64,000 nt of DNA from contig NC_087437.1 in assembly GCF_036321535.1 (NCBI RefSeq), positions 78,866,001-78,930,000 on the forward strand, in the 5' to 3' direction. The notes under the pieces are model-generated. The model was given only the letters and a program-made list of their open reading frames with translations, searched no databases and was not told the DNA's origin. This document shows, in pieces, positions 25,063-37,329 of the stretch; position 1 is the first letter of the stretch, and each line of letters opens with the position of its first letter. The translations under genes and the position numbers were made by a program. The stretch is from Camelus dromedarius (lineage: Eukaryota).

Positions 25063-25994
25063 ATGTAGGAAGTTTATGTGATGAATTCCTCCAATGTGAA
25101 TACATACTGGTTAAATTTAAGTTAAACAATTATGTGGTTAATTACAATTTAATGAATACAGTTGCTATGTTCATTTTGCTTTGTACTTAAGCAATCTGTT
25201 GAAATTCCCATGATCTCAGTGCTTTTGTGAATCAGTTCTGTGTATTTTAACACTACTGTTTTGCTATATCTAGCTCCACTCTCATTTATGCAAAGTTGTG
25301 TCTACATTCTGTTGAATTTCAGCCATTGCAGTTTTAAGAGGTTCAAACTCTAATGTTCTTCAACTACTACTTGTGTTCCAAATCACTTTTAACTCTGATA
25401 TTTTTTTCTTTCCATTTCCTTTCCAATTTGCCATCTTTAGGCTGCAAGAGGAGAATTATTTGGTGCTAAAATAAAATTCCAATTTATCATTGTAGCTAAG
25501 AGAAAAGTAAATTAGTGTATAACTTGTTTTTTGACATTTCTACTTTATTGCAGAGAAGCATGTGAATTCAGTTAAATGCAGTTATGTCATATATCTAACT
25601 AATGTGCTTCTCAGGAATCATTCTGTACACACACTAATATACAAGCAGTGTGAACTGTAGGAGTCATTTGGTTCTATGTACAGCAAGATCTCCAGGTCAC
25701 AGTAAGAAGCTGAGGTTTATGAATTGTTAAAATATTCTTCAAAGATTTGTAGTGGTATTTCAATTGTAAAACATAATATTACTGTGCAATTATTGACTTA
25801 GCTTCAGGATGTACTTTTTTCAGAATCATTAGAATTATTCTGTGGCATTAGAACAACACTAGAGTCTTTTTTTTTAACAAAAGTTAAAACTGATTTAAGT
25901 TAAAACTTGCAACAGAAACAGATGCAAGCTGATATAAAATATGAAAATAATTTGTTGTATTTAAATTGCACTCCTTTCCCTAAAAGTGCAGAGC

Positions 25995-26165
25995 GATTTT
26001 TACATGCAATATTATGTTATAAATCCTCACATCATTCCTCCAAGGCAAGGATTCATTATTTTTTTCATTTGACAAGTGGAGGTTAAATTGAGATTTTAAG
26101 TTACTCACCTAAGGGAATGCAAAATGTCCTTGGTGGAGTCAGCAAGTTCTCTCTGCCTTTCAGAG
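25995..26165 (-). mobile_element. MIR SINE fragment
   Basis: aatcctcacatcattcctccaaggcaagg...catttgacaagtggagg...aagttactcacctaagg. Confidence 0.6.
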
Positions 26166-26279
26166 CAATATTCTCTCTTTTTCTATGTGTTATGCCACTT
26201 GAACAGCGTAGTCAGTCATGAGCCCTACTATGTTCTAGCAAAATTCTAATATTGAGGACAGATGCAGCAGAAATCAATA

Positions 26280-26725
26280 CAGCAAAGATACATGTACACA
26301 AAGGTTGGCAGAACCATTTTTTGGGAATGGTCCTAAACTGGAATCAGCCCTATTTGTGAATAGGTAGATTTCAGTATATTCATAACATGGAATATTATTC
26401 AGCAATAAATAGAAATTAAATAATATGCAGTCACAGGTGGATTTAAAAATAACTGTGTTAACTGAAATAAATTAAATACAAATGAATACTTCTGTATACT
26501 TCCATTTATAAGAAATTTTAGAGGTGCAGAACTGTGACAGAAAGCAAATCAGTGGTTACTCAGGGCAGGATGTGGGGGAAGTGGATTGATGTAATTGACA
26601 TGAAGAAAACTTTTAAACTAATTTAGCTGTTCTGTTTATTGAGAGTGGCAGTACCAACATGTATTAATTATGAAACCAGCCACTTAAAATTACTGAATTT
26701 TATTGTAGGTAATAGCTTAATAAAA
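26280..26725 (+). mobile_element. Ancient L1MC/L1ME 3' end
   Basis: aaagatacatgtacaca...atggaatattattcagcaataaa...ttccatttata...gacagaaagcaaatcagtggttac...aataaaa. Confidence 0.8.
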
Positions 26726-26744
26726 TTTTATAAACTTGAATTGG

Positions 26745-27200
26745 CGTAAGTCATTCATAATGTCTACTTATTACGTTTTTAAGGTATGTAGTGTCCACAG
26801 TGTTTCCAGATTTAATTCATTGTTGACTATGGTTACTCCCTTTCTCTTTGTCTTCCTACTTTCCACCTTTTTCTTTTCTAATTATTCTCATCAGAATTTT
26901 CCTGTTTGATAGTCTGTTGAAAGAACCAAATTTTACATTTTTTCATCTTTCTGATTATGTGCCTTTCCAGATCATTGTTCTTGTGGTTATTATTTTCTTG
27001 CTTCTAGTGCCTTTAGGTTATTTTGAAATAATTTTTTTCTAATACATTGTGATAGATGATTAACCCTTTATTTTTTTCTCTAGGATATGTATTTTAAAGC
27101 TATGCCTTTTCTTCTAGACACTACTGTATCTGTATCTCATAACTTATATGTAGTATCATTACTTTTTAATTCAACATATTTTTGAAGTGTCATGATCAGA
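26745..27200 (-). mobile_element. Ancient L1 ORF2 remnant
   Basis: aaagaaccaaattttacattttt, attttaaagctatgccttttcttctagacactact. Confidence 0.65.
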
Positions 27201-27459
27201 ATAGTTAATAGAATATTGAAATAAGCCTGTTGTTATTTTTGAAGATTTTCAGATTCTGTTTTCCCAGTCATCATGGCCGCCTTCTCCCTGGAGTCAGTTT
27301 CCTCCACCTGCAGCCTTAGCTGCAAATCTCTAGTATGATTTAGAGGTTGAGAAAAGGAAGGCTTTAAGAAATGTTAGACTAATACTGTGGTTACACAACA
27401 TCAAAGTCATCCTTGCACCTCTCTTTGGAGTCTGCTTTTGCTCCTGCCTTGTTTCTCTA

Positions 27460-27550
27460 GCCAGATTTTATTGACATAGTACAATTGTCTGAATTTCAAA
27501 AGAAATCTACCAGATTTTCTCATAAAATTTTAGTGGACAAGATGGAAACC
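27460..27550 (+). mobile_element. CR1/L3 LINE RT fragment (sense arm)
   Basis: tctgaatttcaaaagaaatctaccagattttctcataaaattttagtggacaagatgga aligns to the CR1 segment encoding YLDFxKAFDxVxHxxLxxK. Confidence 0.65.
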
Positions 27551-27587
27551 TGGGGGGAGGGGGAAGAATGACAGTTTATCTCATTGT

Positions 27588-28040
27588 ATTCTAGTCCAAA
27601 AATATCATGAGAAAATCTGCCAGATCACTGTTTACATTCTGATGTATTATATTATATCAGCAACATTTGGCATGACTCGTTCTTCATGAAGCGTGCTGGA
27701 TCCTGATGATTAGCCTGTTTGTTCTTTTTTTTTTTTTTTAACAATATAACATTTTCTATTGATTTATAATCATTTTACAATGTTGTGTCAAATTCCAGTG
27801 TACAGCACAATTTTTCAGTTATACATGAACATATATATATTCATTGTCACATTTTTTTAGCCTGTTTGTTCTTAAATGTTCTTTAAATATGCTTTGAAAA
27901 TTACTCTCTGGAGTTCTACTGAGATTCATCTTCAAATCCTTAGAAGTTTAAGAAATCAACTTTTTTTTCCCTAATATAGAAAGACTGAACTTATGCCTAA
28001 CTTTAGACTTCTCATATCTCATCCTCATGGATTTACAATA
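27588..28040 (-). mobile_element. CR1/L3 LINE RT fragment (antisense), interrupted by a young L1
   Basis: tggcatgactcgttcttcatgaagcgtgctggatcctgatgat is the antisense of the QHGFxKxxSC motif; colinear resemblance continues to ~28040. Confidence 0.75.
27727..27856 (-). mobile_element. Young camelid L1, extreme 5' truncation (3' UTR end only)
   Basis: Poly-T, then antisense 3' UTR ~92% identical to 29241-29350; perfect TSD ttagcctgtttgttctt at 27710-27726 and 27857-27873. Confidence 0.96.
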
Positions 28041-28119
28041 TTAATTTCATCATGAGCCACAACTTGCACCCCCAAGTAACATAAGCCTAGTTTGTCAGAA
28101 ATGCTGTTTGTGACTGGTA

Positions 28120-28550
28120 TGGTATGGTAGATTTTATTATGTTCAAAACTGAATCACGTGCCATTCCTGTAAGTGGTTAATATATTCCTGCCCATTGCCA
28201 TGGGCTTTACTTGTCTTTCTTTTAAGGGTTATAATTCTCACATCATTGTCTTGGCCTTTTACTTACTATGTCTAATGCAATATGAGAAGAAGTACACGTG
28301 ATAGTTTTAAACTAAAGCTTTGAATCGTTGAGTGTTTCTGCTAGCTCTCTTGCTCTTCTCCTCTGCCATGAGAATGGCACAGTCAAAGTAGGGCACCTTC
28401 CTTCAGCCTAGATCCCAGAATAAGGCACATGAGGACGAGTCATAGCTATCCCCTGCAATTGCTTACATGGAATGTTATAATGTGGGTGAGAATTGCAGAG
28501 TTGCTATAATGTCAACGATATTTGAGATCTTTTTGTTAAAATAACAAAGA
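28120..28550 (+). mobile_element. MaLR LTR (MLT1H/I-like)
   Basis: tatggtagatttt...gctctcttgctcttctcctctgccatgagaatggca...ccttcagcctagatcccagaat. Confidence 0.75.
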
Positions 28551-28646
28551 AGAAGAATAGTTTCATTATCAAAATTTATCTTTCAAAATGATATTCTTGG
28601 TCATTGAAGAAAGAAACTATTGGTAATTATTTTAAAAGCATTTCCC

Positions 28647-29027
28647 AGTTTGGTGCAGCCACTATGGAAAACAGTGTGGAGATTCCTCAAAAGACTAGGA
28701 ATAGACTTACCATATGACCCAGGAATCCCACTCCTGGGCTTGTATCCAGAAGGAAATCTATGTCAGGATGACACCTGCACCCCAATGTTCATAGCAGCAC
28801 TATTTACAATAGCCAAAACATGTAAACAGCCTAAATGTCCATCAACAGGTGACTGGATAAAGAAGAGGTGGTATATTTATACAATGGAATACTACTCAGC
28901 CATAAAAACCGACAACATAATGCCATTTGCAACAACATGGATGCTCCTGGAGAATGTCATTCTAAGTGAAGTAAGCCGGAAAGAGAAAGAAAAATACCAT
29001 ATGAGATCGCTCATATGTGGAATCTAA
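28647..29027 (+). pseudogene. L1 ORF2p C-terminal fragment (no true start codon)
   Basis: [14 protein letters not shown]...[13 protein letters not shown]...TCTPMFIAALFTIAK...WYIYTMEYYSAIK is the canonical L1 ORF2p C-terminus. Confidence 0.97.
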
Positions 29028-29356
29028 AAAACAAAAACAAAAACAAACAAACAAACAAAAACAAAGCATAAATACAGGACAGAAATAGACTCACAGACAG
29101 AGAATACAGACTTGTGGTTGCCAGGGGGGTGGAAGGGGGGGAAGGGATAGACTGGGATTTCAAAATTGTAGAATAGATAAACAAGATTACACTGTATAGC
29201 ACAGGGAAATATACACAAAATGTTATGATAACTCAGAGAGAAAAAAATGTGCCAATGAGTGTGTATATGTCCATGAATGACTGAAAAATTGTGCTGAACA
29301 CTGGAATTTGACACAACATTGTAAAATGATTATAAATCAATAAAAAATGTTAAAAA
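28647..29356 (+). mobile_element. Young 5'-truncated camelid LINE-1 (ORF2 C-terminus, 3' UTR, poly-A)
   Basis: Open ORF2 end, G-rich tract at 29124-29145, AATAAA and A tail; perfect 13-bp TSD aaaagcatttccc at 28634-28646 and 29357-29369; TT/AAAA site. Confidence 0.98.
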
Positions 29357-30164
29357 AAAAGCATTTCCCCTTACTGGGGAACTGTTGGTAATGCGACTTT
29401 AGTAATTTATTTCATGCTTAAATTTATCAAATATTTTTACGATGTATCTCAAAATATTGTATTACTCCCAAGGGTTGCAATTTAGTATGACTGGGTTCAT
29501 GTTCAATAAACTAATGCTGAATATGTTGATTTATGTAACTATATTTTTGGCTCCTCATTCAGTTCTTTCATATAGAATGCTCATGGAACTTATCATCTTC
29601 CTGTATTATAGGAAATATGACTCCTGTTGTAAAAGTGTGTAAACTATGTTTTGTAAGGAATGGAGAGAGAATTGAGGTTGGTTGGTTGAACAACCATTCT
29701 GAAAAATGTTGCACTTATTCTAAGGGATAGAAAGGACCCAACTTTGTTCTTTCTATTACCTCAGCCTTTACACTCTGTTCAATATACTCTGGTATTCTAC
29801 ATATTCTGTGTGTCCTTATATTCCCCACCACTCACTGTAGATGTGTTTTCTCTCCCTAAATTGTCATCCCTTCTTTCCAGCTGGCCTTTAATGATAAGAA
29901 CATACATTTAATGCTTATATTATTTATACAAAAATATTTTTCTCTGTGAACAATTGGGTGACAACTTAAGGGTGGGAAATAAGGAAAGCATGGGACTAGG
30001 AGGATTCCTGGGCACTGAAGTAATTTAAATTGGCAATGACAAGTGAGACAAGTTTTCTTACTAGTCCTTACAATAGACAAGCTAAAGGGAGAGCTGAGGT
30101 GAGTAGTTGGTCTTGAGCTATCCCAATGGGCATATGAAACTTGTAAATGGTCCCTAGTGATACT

Positions 30165-30760
30165 TTATTTGTTTCCTTCATTCTTCTCTTATATCTTTTC
30201 TTCAATATATTTTATTTTATGTACGTTATTAAGAAGTACTGGACACTTGGAATAGAACAATTAATTAGGTAAAATGATCCCTTTATATGAAAAATTTAAT
30301 GTGCATTGACAGAGGAACCCATGTTAATATAAAGATTCAATTCAGTTTTTCCTAAAAATAAATTTGTGTTGAGGGCTGAACAGCCCTCAACCTTTTGAAG
30401 GAGTTACCCAGACAGAAAATAGATTAGAGAGATTATAAAGAAATAAAAATTAAAAGAAGGAAATCATGGTTGAGGATAGATAATAATGTTCTAGGAATAG
30501 AAAGAATCCTAAAGAGGAAGGTGGGGATGGGCAAAACATAGTGACTGAGGGAGAGAATGGCCTGAGATCAGGGTGGAGAAATGACGAGAATCTGACTGAG
30601 CTGGGAAGGATTTTGGATCATGTTCTGTGAGCATTCAGATGTCTTTGAAATAATGTAAGCAAGCAAGTAATATAAAATTTTCCAAAAGATTATGTTGAGA
30701 ATAGAGTTGAAAGGAAACATAGCTGATGAAAAAAAAATTACGATACTAGAGATCTGGTTA
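30165..30760 (-). mobile_element. Decayed L2 LINE
   Basis: 3' tail in antisense near 30170; gtactggacacttggaataga; gagggagagaatggcctgagat; aaggattttggatcatgttctgtgagca. Confidence 0.6.
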
Positions 30761-31122
30761 AGAATTCACCTAAGTCAATTTGGTCATGTAAAGCATTTAG
30801 GTTCTTTTTGATAATGAGACAGATTTATGGTTGAATAAGATTGGTTGGGAACTTCCACATAAACTTGCTAGAAGGTTACAGTGAAATTGTTTCAGATTTT
30901 TTTTGAACACATTTTGACAAGCAACCATACACAAAACAACCTTTTCTGAAAAATCAGTGAAGTCTCAACACTTTTTTCCTTTTTGGTTCTCCCAACACCA
31001 CTGATACGAAAGGTTTACAAGGCCAATGAGACAAAATTCCAGAGATAGGATTCTTTTCTCCTCATTATCTTCAAAAGACAGTAAGAAATTATCTATGTCT
31101 GTCCCTCTGTCCCTGTCTGTCT

Positions 31123-31158
<36 letters not shown>
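31123..31158. repeat. (TAGA)9 microsatellite
   Basis: Directly visible. Confidence 0.97.
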
Positions 31159-32867
31159 GTGAGTTCTACTTGAGGATCAAGACTCAGGTAGCATTTTCAA
31201 GGGTTCAGGATATAGGCCTCACTAAATTTGTATATCCTGTTCATAAAAAGAAAGGAACATTTTTCTAAAATATGTTCATAATCCATATATAATAAGCACC
31301 AAAAGTTTATTTCTCATTTCTAGCATCTGTTGTGCTAATTAACAAACTTGTTTGTTTATCATAGTAATTAATAAAACCTCTTCTTATTCCCTAGATATGG
31401 CCAACAGCACTTACAGCGGCCTAATAACTGTATTTGGGGTGAAGCTTTGCTGAGATCACACTAGTTTGCCACCACTGGAGAGTTAATTCCTGATTAGGAG
31501 AACTGCCGACACCTGAGTGGCAGCCTTAATTAGTTACATTTTTCCTGCTAAAATATTTTAGGATGAAATATAGATGTTGTATTAGATATCTAGCAAAGAA
31601 ATAATAAAACCTAAGCTAGAGTGGTGGCAGTGGAGATAAAGAGGTATCGAGACTTGAACCTAGAATTTTCTGTGAATTGAAGTAGACTAACCAGCCTGGA
31701 GAAGTGAATAGTTGTGGATGGTGATGAAAAGAAGTAGATCATAAAGCAAGATTCATGAAAGGAAATCTGACTTATTGTTTATTTTTTCTGAGGGTTCATT
31801 AAAAGGCCAAAGTAGTATAATTGATAAAACATATGGAGAAAAAGGAGATGAGGGTGGATCCTAAGTTGTCCAAGTGAGCTAGTGGTCTTAATCCAAAATG
31901 CATTTGCTTCCAGGATTGCCAGACTTTCTATCAGAGCAACTTTTGTCAATCTATTACGAAGAATATATACAGATATTGAAATATGCTTTCAAAATCCTAG
32001 ATATAAGGAAAATTTCCTGTATAGGTTTTGAGTTACAGGTAGTCCTCCACTGGAGGATAATGTTGCATATTATTTCATCTCTTAATTTCCTTGATTTTTT
32101 TCCCAAGTTAAATGCTTTGCCTTAAAATGGTTCTTTTGAGTTCTTGTCAGTGACCTCATTATTTCCATGCTGATTTATGTGGTTTTAAGAAGGAAAATGG
32201 AAAGGAACCAAGAGAGATAAATAAAACATGTCAGTATGGGGTACTATAAAGATTTTTATTGCCACTTGTTTGAGAGGCGCCCACATAAAACAGAGAATTA
32301 TTCCAAATGCACAGAAATAAATCTTTATAGCAGAGTACATGCAAAAACTATCAAGAAATAAAACATGCACATGTATATGTGTATACATGTCTGAGTAATG
32401 TATATATTATAAGTTGAATATAATCTTGCAGTTTTACTACTTTAAAATTTTTGTTTTATGCTCAAGTTTAATGCTTTGTTGTATGAAGAAAAATTTGTTT
32501 CTCTTACATTTGACTCAGATTCTCCTTTATTAAAATAATCTTCCATATTAAGTCAATTTATATCATTTAATACGTGATGTCTGTAAATCATTTAATATAT
32601 AATATATATATATCTAACACATCAAAAACTTTTCTAAAAAGAATTTTGAAATGTGTATTTCAAAATACAAGGGAAAAAATTCCCTTCCCTTGACATGCTC
32701 CTTTTTCTTTTCTAGTACGTATTAATTCTCATTATTAATTATATTCTTTGCTCTCTTTTTTCTTTTATCACAAATACTAACCTTTTAGTTTTCTGTTTCC
32801 TTCTGATTTCTTCCAAACCATAGACTTGGTTATATCCTTAAATACAGCCAGTATTTCATGGCCATTG

Positions 32868-33316
32868 TGTGGTATTGGGTTTTCTATTATTATAGAATAA
32901 CAAATCATTAAAAATCATTATTTCTCATGATTCTGAGTTGATTGAGTGATTATTATGCTTCATGTGGTGTTGGTTGGCTATAGAGTTGACTGAAAAGTGC
33001 AAAATATCCTTTTTCTTTCAGCTATCCATGTTGGTGCTGGCCACCACTTATGAGTTCAGCTGTGGTTGTTAAGCCTTGGTTTTCTTACATGTGGGCCTCT
33101 CCAAATAGCTTCTTTCACTTTATTTTAGCATTAATTCCAAGAACAGGTGCTCCAAAAGAACTAGCCCCATTGTGCACATGCTTATTAAGTCTGCATGTAT
33201 CATACTTGGTAGTGTTTCACTGGCAGAAGTTAATCATATTCCAGGTTCTAAATCAGTGTGGGAATATGAATACTAGAGGATGGTTCACTGGGGAACCCAA
33301 AGTAAGACTCTATCAA
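32868..33316 (-). mobile_element. MaLR LTR (MLT1F/G/H-like)
   Basis: attatttctcatgattctgagttga...gttggtgctggc...catgtgggcctctcca...ttccaagaa...ttcactgggg. Confidence 0.75.
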
Positions 33317-33614
33317 GGTCTGGTTTTGGAGATAAAAGTTTTGTCAGATACAGATTGATAGTTTCTTTAATAGTTTCAAGTCAATAGCTCAGGAAAAATG
33401 ATTTAAAAAACACAAATAGAAAGAATTTGGATGATTCCATCTTAAAGATTATGTTATGAATCCTCTGTTCACTGTATGATTCATAAGAGAAATACTATGG
33501 AAATGCCAGCATTTAAAGTCAAGATATCTTAAACCAAATGTCCTTCAGAAAGGAAAATAATATTTAAGCTTTAATTATTAATGTACAAATTTTAGAAATG
33601 GGGGAAATGGAATC

Positions 33615-33838
33615 AACACTTTTGAGCATCTACTGTGGGCATTATACCTCACCAATGTAATATTATTTACTTATCAAAGCATTTTTAGAAGAAAGTTTTA
33701 ATTTCCAAATTTTATTGAGGAAATTAAAAAAAGATTTGGAACAGTAAGTATCCTATAGTTTATAAGAATAGTAAATAATAGACTCAGGATTTTGTCAGTA
33801 TTCAAAATCCATGCTCTTGCTACTATACTATGTTGCCA
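33615..33838 (-). mobile_element. MIR SINE
   Basis: acacttttgagcatctactgtg...ttcaaaatccatgctcttgctactatactatgttgcc. Confidence 0.7.
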
Positions 33839-36800
33839 GAAAGAAGAAATACATGTAGTTGAGCCTTCATAAGAACACGAATTTGAAATGCAGGTAAACA
33901 GTGAAATTCTGGTAAGAGGCCTACATGCTTCTGTCAAATCCACCGCTATCCTGTATCAGAAGCATGTTTGCTCTCGACTTACTATATAATTTCATATGAC
34001 AACAATACAGTTTCTAAAAAGACATGAGGTAATTTACAGTCAAAGTCATTTTTGTAAGGGCAGCTAAATCACATGCTTTTTTTGCCTTCTTAATTCTAAA
34101 TTCTGTTTATTTACAGTCCGAGATTGCTAGATGTAGTACTTTACTGCCTAATGCAAGTTTTTAACTACTTTCTATAGCAAATTCAGACCAAGACCAAAAA
34201 TGAGATAAAATAAAATGAAGAAATAGTAAAAGAACGACCCAAAAGAGCAGTGTCATTGGGACTCCAATTTATCTCCCTTATGGGATTGCAGAGTTACAGA
34301 TACTACTTTTAAATCAAACACACTAACTTCATTTCTATCATATGACAACATCTCTTCATTTTATGTGTTTTAAGTGGTTGACAGTAAGGAATTTAAATGA
34401 ATTCTGAAGTGTCTCATCTTTTCTAACCCTTAAAAGCAGCATTTAGTGCTTCAAAGAAGAAATTAAACTCTCAGTAAAGTAGCTATTCAGTATATTCAGT
34501 TTTTTGACTTTCATGAGGCCATACTTCATTGAAGAGACATCCTCACACTAAAAGCTCCAGTAGTGAAATAACACCAGAACTTAGAATATAAATAACTTTA
34601 AAAGCTTTATCAAGGAAATCCCAGATAATGTGGGGCTAATCTCAAGTATGGTCTTCTGACAGTTTCATTTGGCTGCATTCCAGTTGATTAGGTAGAAATT
34701 CCACTGACCTGAGCATTGAAATCATCGTCTATAAATAGGATTTAAACAAACAAACAAAAAAAGAACTCTTAAGATTTTGTTGATATTAAAACGGTTTCTG
34801 TTGATTAGTTGCCTGAATTAAATATGATTCCATGCTGGTGGGAATCTTCTGAGAGAAAAGAGGAGGGTTTTCCATTCTTACAGTATTGCTTTAATTCCCT
34901 CCTGAGCCACTATCTTTCAAAGTAGGGAAGAGGGGAGAATGGAGAGTTGTTAAGCAGGAAAGAAATGTGATCTTAGTCACCCTCTGGATTTGTGTCCTGG
35001 CTACATTAATGTACCCTAAGGTGATGAAATCTATTTGCATAGGCCTAGCTTTGTAGTGCACTCTGCAGTCTAAATAAAGTAACAGCAATGCTGGACCATG
35101 TAATCCTATGTTATTAGTTCTAAACCTGTAAGTAGTCTCTCCTTTTTATTTTCCCCTTGGGAGATGATAAAGTATGAGTATGAATGCTAGAAATACAGTA
35201 TTAAATGACCTTAACTATGACTAGTTATAATATATTTGGGTGTAGTAGTTGTAAATGTTAAGCTCAGTAAAATTTACTGGAAAAACCAATAGAGATGAAT
35301 AAGAATTAAATCAGAAAAGCTCTGCACATTAATAAACAGAAGCTTAGTTTTTTTACTCTGAAAAAGCATCTGGGAATACTGGAAGATTAGGACAAGAAGA
35401 ATAGAAAGAGGTAAAGCCCTGAAAAGTTGTTTACCTCCTCATATATGCTGGAATCAACCTTCAACTTGTAGGCACAGATGTCCTCAATTTTCAAAGTGCT
35501 TATAAGAAGAGATTTTTATTCTAGTCCTTAGTAATTTACACATGTTTTAGTGACTATACATAGGAGGCTTCAAAAATCTTAAAGTTCTTTCAAAATAGAA
35601 AACAAAGTTGTTTTTTCTTTTTTTAACTGTCAAAATATACTTGAAAGAGATTTGGAATGTTGGCATTTAGGAAAGCAGACATCAATTCTCTTCTTCCTTT
35701 TAAAGGGCATTTAACACAATTAGCTGTCTTTCTATAAAAGAGCAAATCCCAGGTGTAGCAATGAGCTGCTACAACCAGTAGCTTCCTGAAAACACATCTG
35801 GTACTAAGAGGAGAGCTACAATGTGAAGAGGTGTACATAAGATGGCACTCTTAATTTTATTTAATCCATTATAAAAGAATTGAGCTATATGATTGCTGAT
35901 GAAGATATGCATGCTTCATATCAAGTTTCTCCCCTGAGGGGAATGAATAGATGTAGTAACACGCTTGCCTTTACAAGGGTCCCAGAAGTACATTAAGGGC
36001 ACTTAGAGGCAAAAGTAAGTGGTTGAAAACTAGATTTCTTTTGAAAGGGGGTTTCAATGGACTTTGAGCCATATGAGACTTAAAACAAAATTGGAAAGTT
36101 TGTTAAACAATTTACTACTGCTAATAGCAAATAATGGCACAATTTATACTATTTACCTACTACCTGACATTGAATACCTCTGAAAACAAAGGGAGTGAGA
36201 TATTTTTAGAGTGGTCTTGAGGTAATAAGCTCCTATTTGTGAATTACAAACCAGAAATTTGCCTGAAGACCACATTGTTTCAAATCTTCTAACTATGTAT
36301 TTAATGTTTAGAAAGTATGCAGGTGGCACTGCTCTGGTCATTGTGAAGCAAAAATGTATGTGATGAAAAATGAGAAAAATATGTATAGTATGTATTATAT
36401 CTCATTGTCAATGGGAAGTAAAATTCTCTTTTGTACTTTCAAAGTAGAACTGAGCTGGATATATCAATTAAGAAGTAAATAAAAAGGAGCCACCAAATGA
36501 AATTATACCTTGTATGTATAATTATTATTAATATTTGACCCCCGACATCTGAACTTTAACTTGCTCTCATACTCTTATGGCATATCCATCCTGAACAAGG
36601 TAAACAAGGATGAGATAAAATTCTGTTGGTGTTGACTTTGGATATGCCATGACAGAAGCAGGACATCTTTTTGTTACACTTATGAACAAAATGTGTGATA
36701 GCACATTAATAATATTAGTAAATATCAAATGTAATTTGTGATCTATGAAGCCCTATCCCAAATGATAAAGCAAATTTAATAAAAGTATAGCTTCTAAAAT

Positions 36801-37329
36801 AAAGGGATTTACAATGATTATTAACTAGAATTGGTAGAATCAGATGAATACCATCCAAGACAGAAGACTTCCAACATTACATTAGATGTACTATTTAATG
36901 AGTGTAGATTGAGTTACATAAAATTTTATTTCCTTAAAGTGACCATCTGATGTCAACTCTCCTGTTTCTTTTAAATTGTGTAGCATTTCAAAGCAAAACA
37001 AGAATGAAAGAATGAGAAACAAATAAAGTTGAGTGGGTGTGTCTGCCTCTACATCTATGCTAGATGTATTCCATTCCTACATTTTAGCTGATTATAAAAC
37101 TCATAGATAACATAAAGGATTCATCAAACCTTGCTCACATTCCATTATGAAGGTTCTTCTAGGCAGTCTGTTCTTCTGCTGAAAATGATAACTTCCTTAT
37201 GTTTGGGGTGCCCATAAAGAACAGGCTTGGAAAACTGACGCCTATAAATAATCTATGGATTCAATAAAATCCATTTTATTTAACTTTGTGAAAGTATAAT
37301 TCTCAAAAGTGAAAAATGACTCTTCATTC

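Noticed and set aside
28620..29027. Functional 135-aa protein
   Set aside because: It is a 5'-truncated L1 ORF2 tail; the apparent start is a TTG in flanking DNA upstream of the TSD.
29124..29145. G-quadruplex-like tract
   Set aside because: A standard feature of L1 3' UTRs, not locus-specific.
32643..32692. Adjacent hairpins attttgaaat/atttcaaaat and caagggaa/ttcccttg
   Set aside because: Short and AT-rich; expected by chance in 64 kb of this composition.
36152..36200. Minus-strand micro-exon (tccctttgttttcag acceptor)
   Set aside because: Weak donor, no recognisable peptide and no partner exons.
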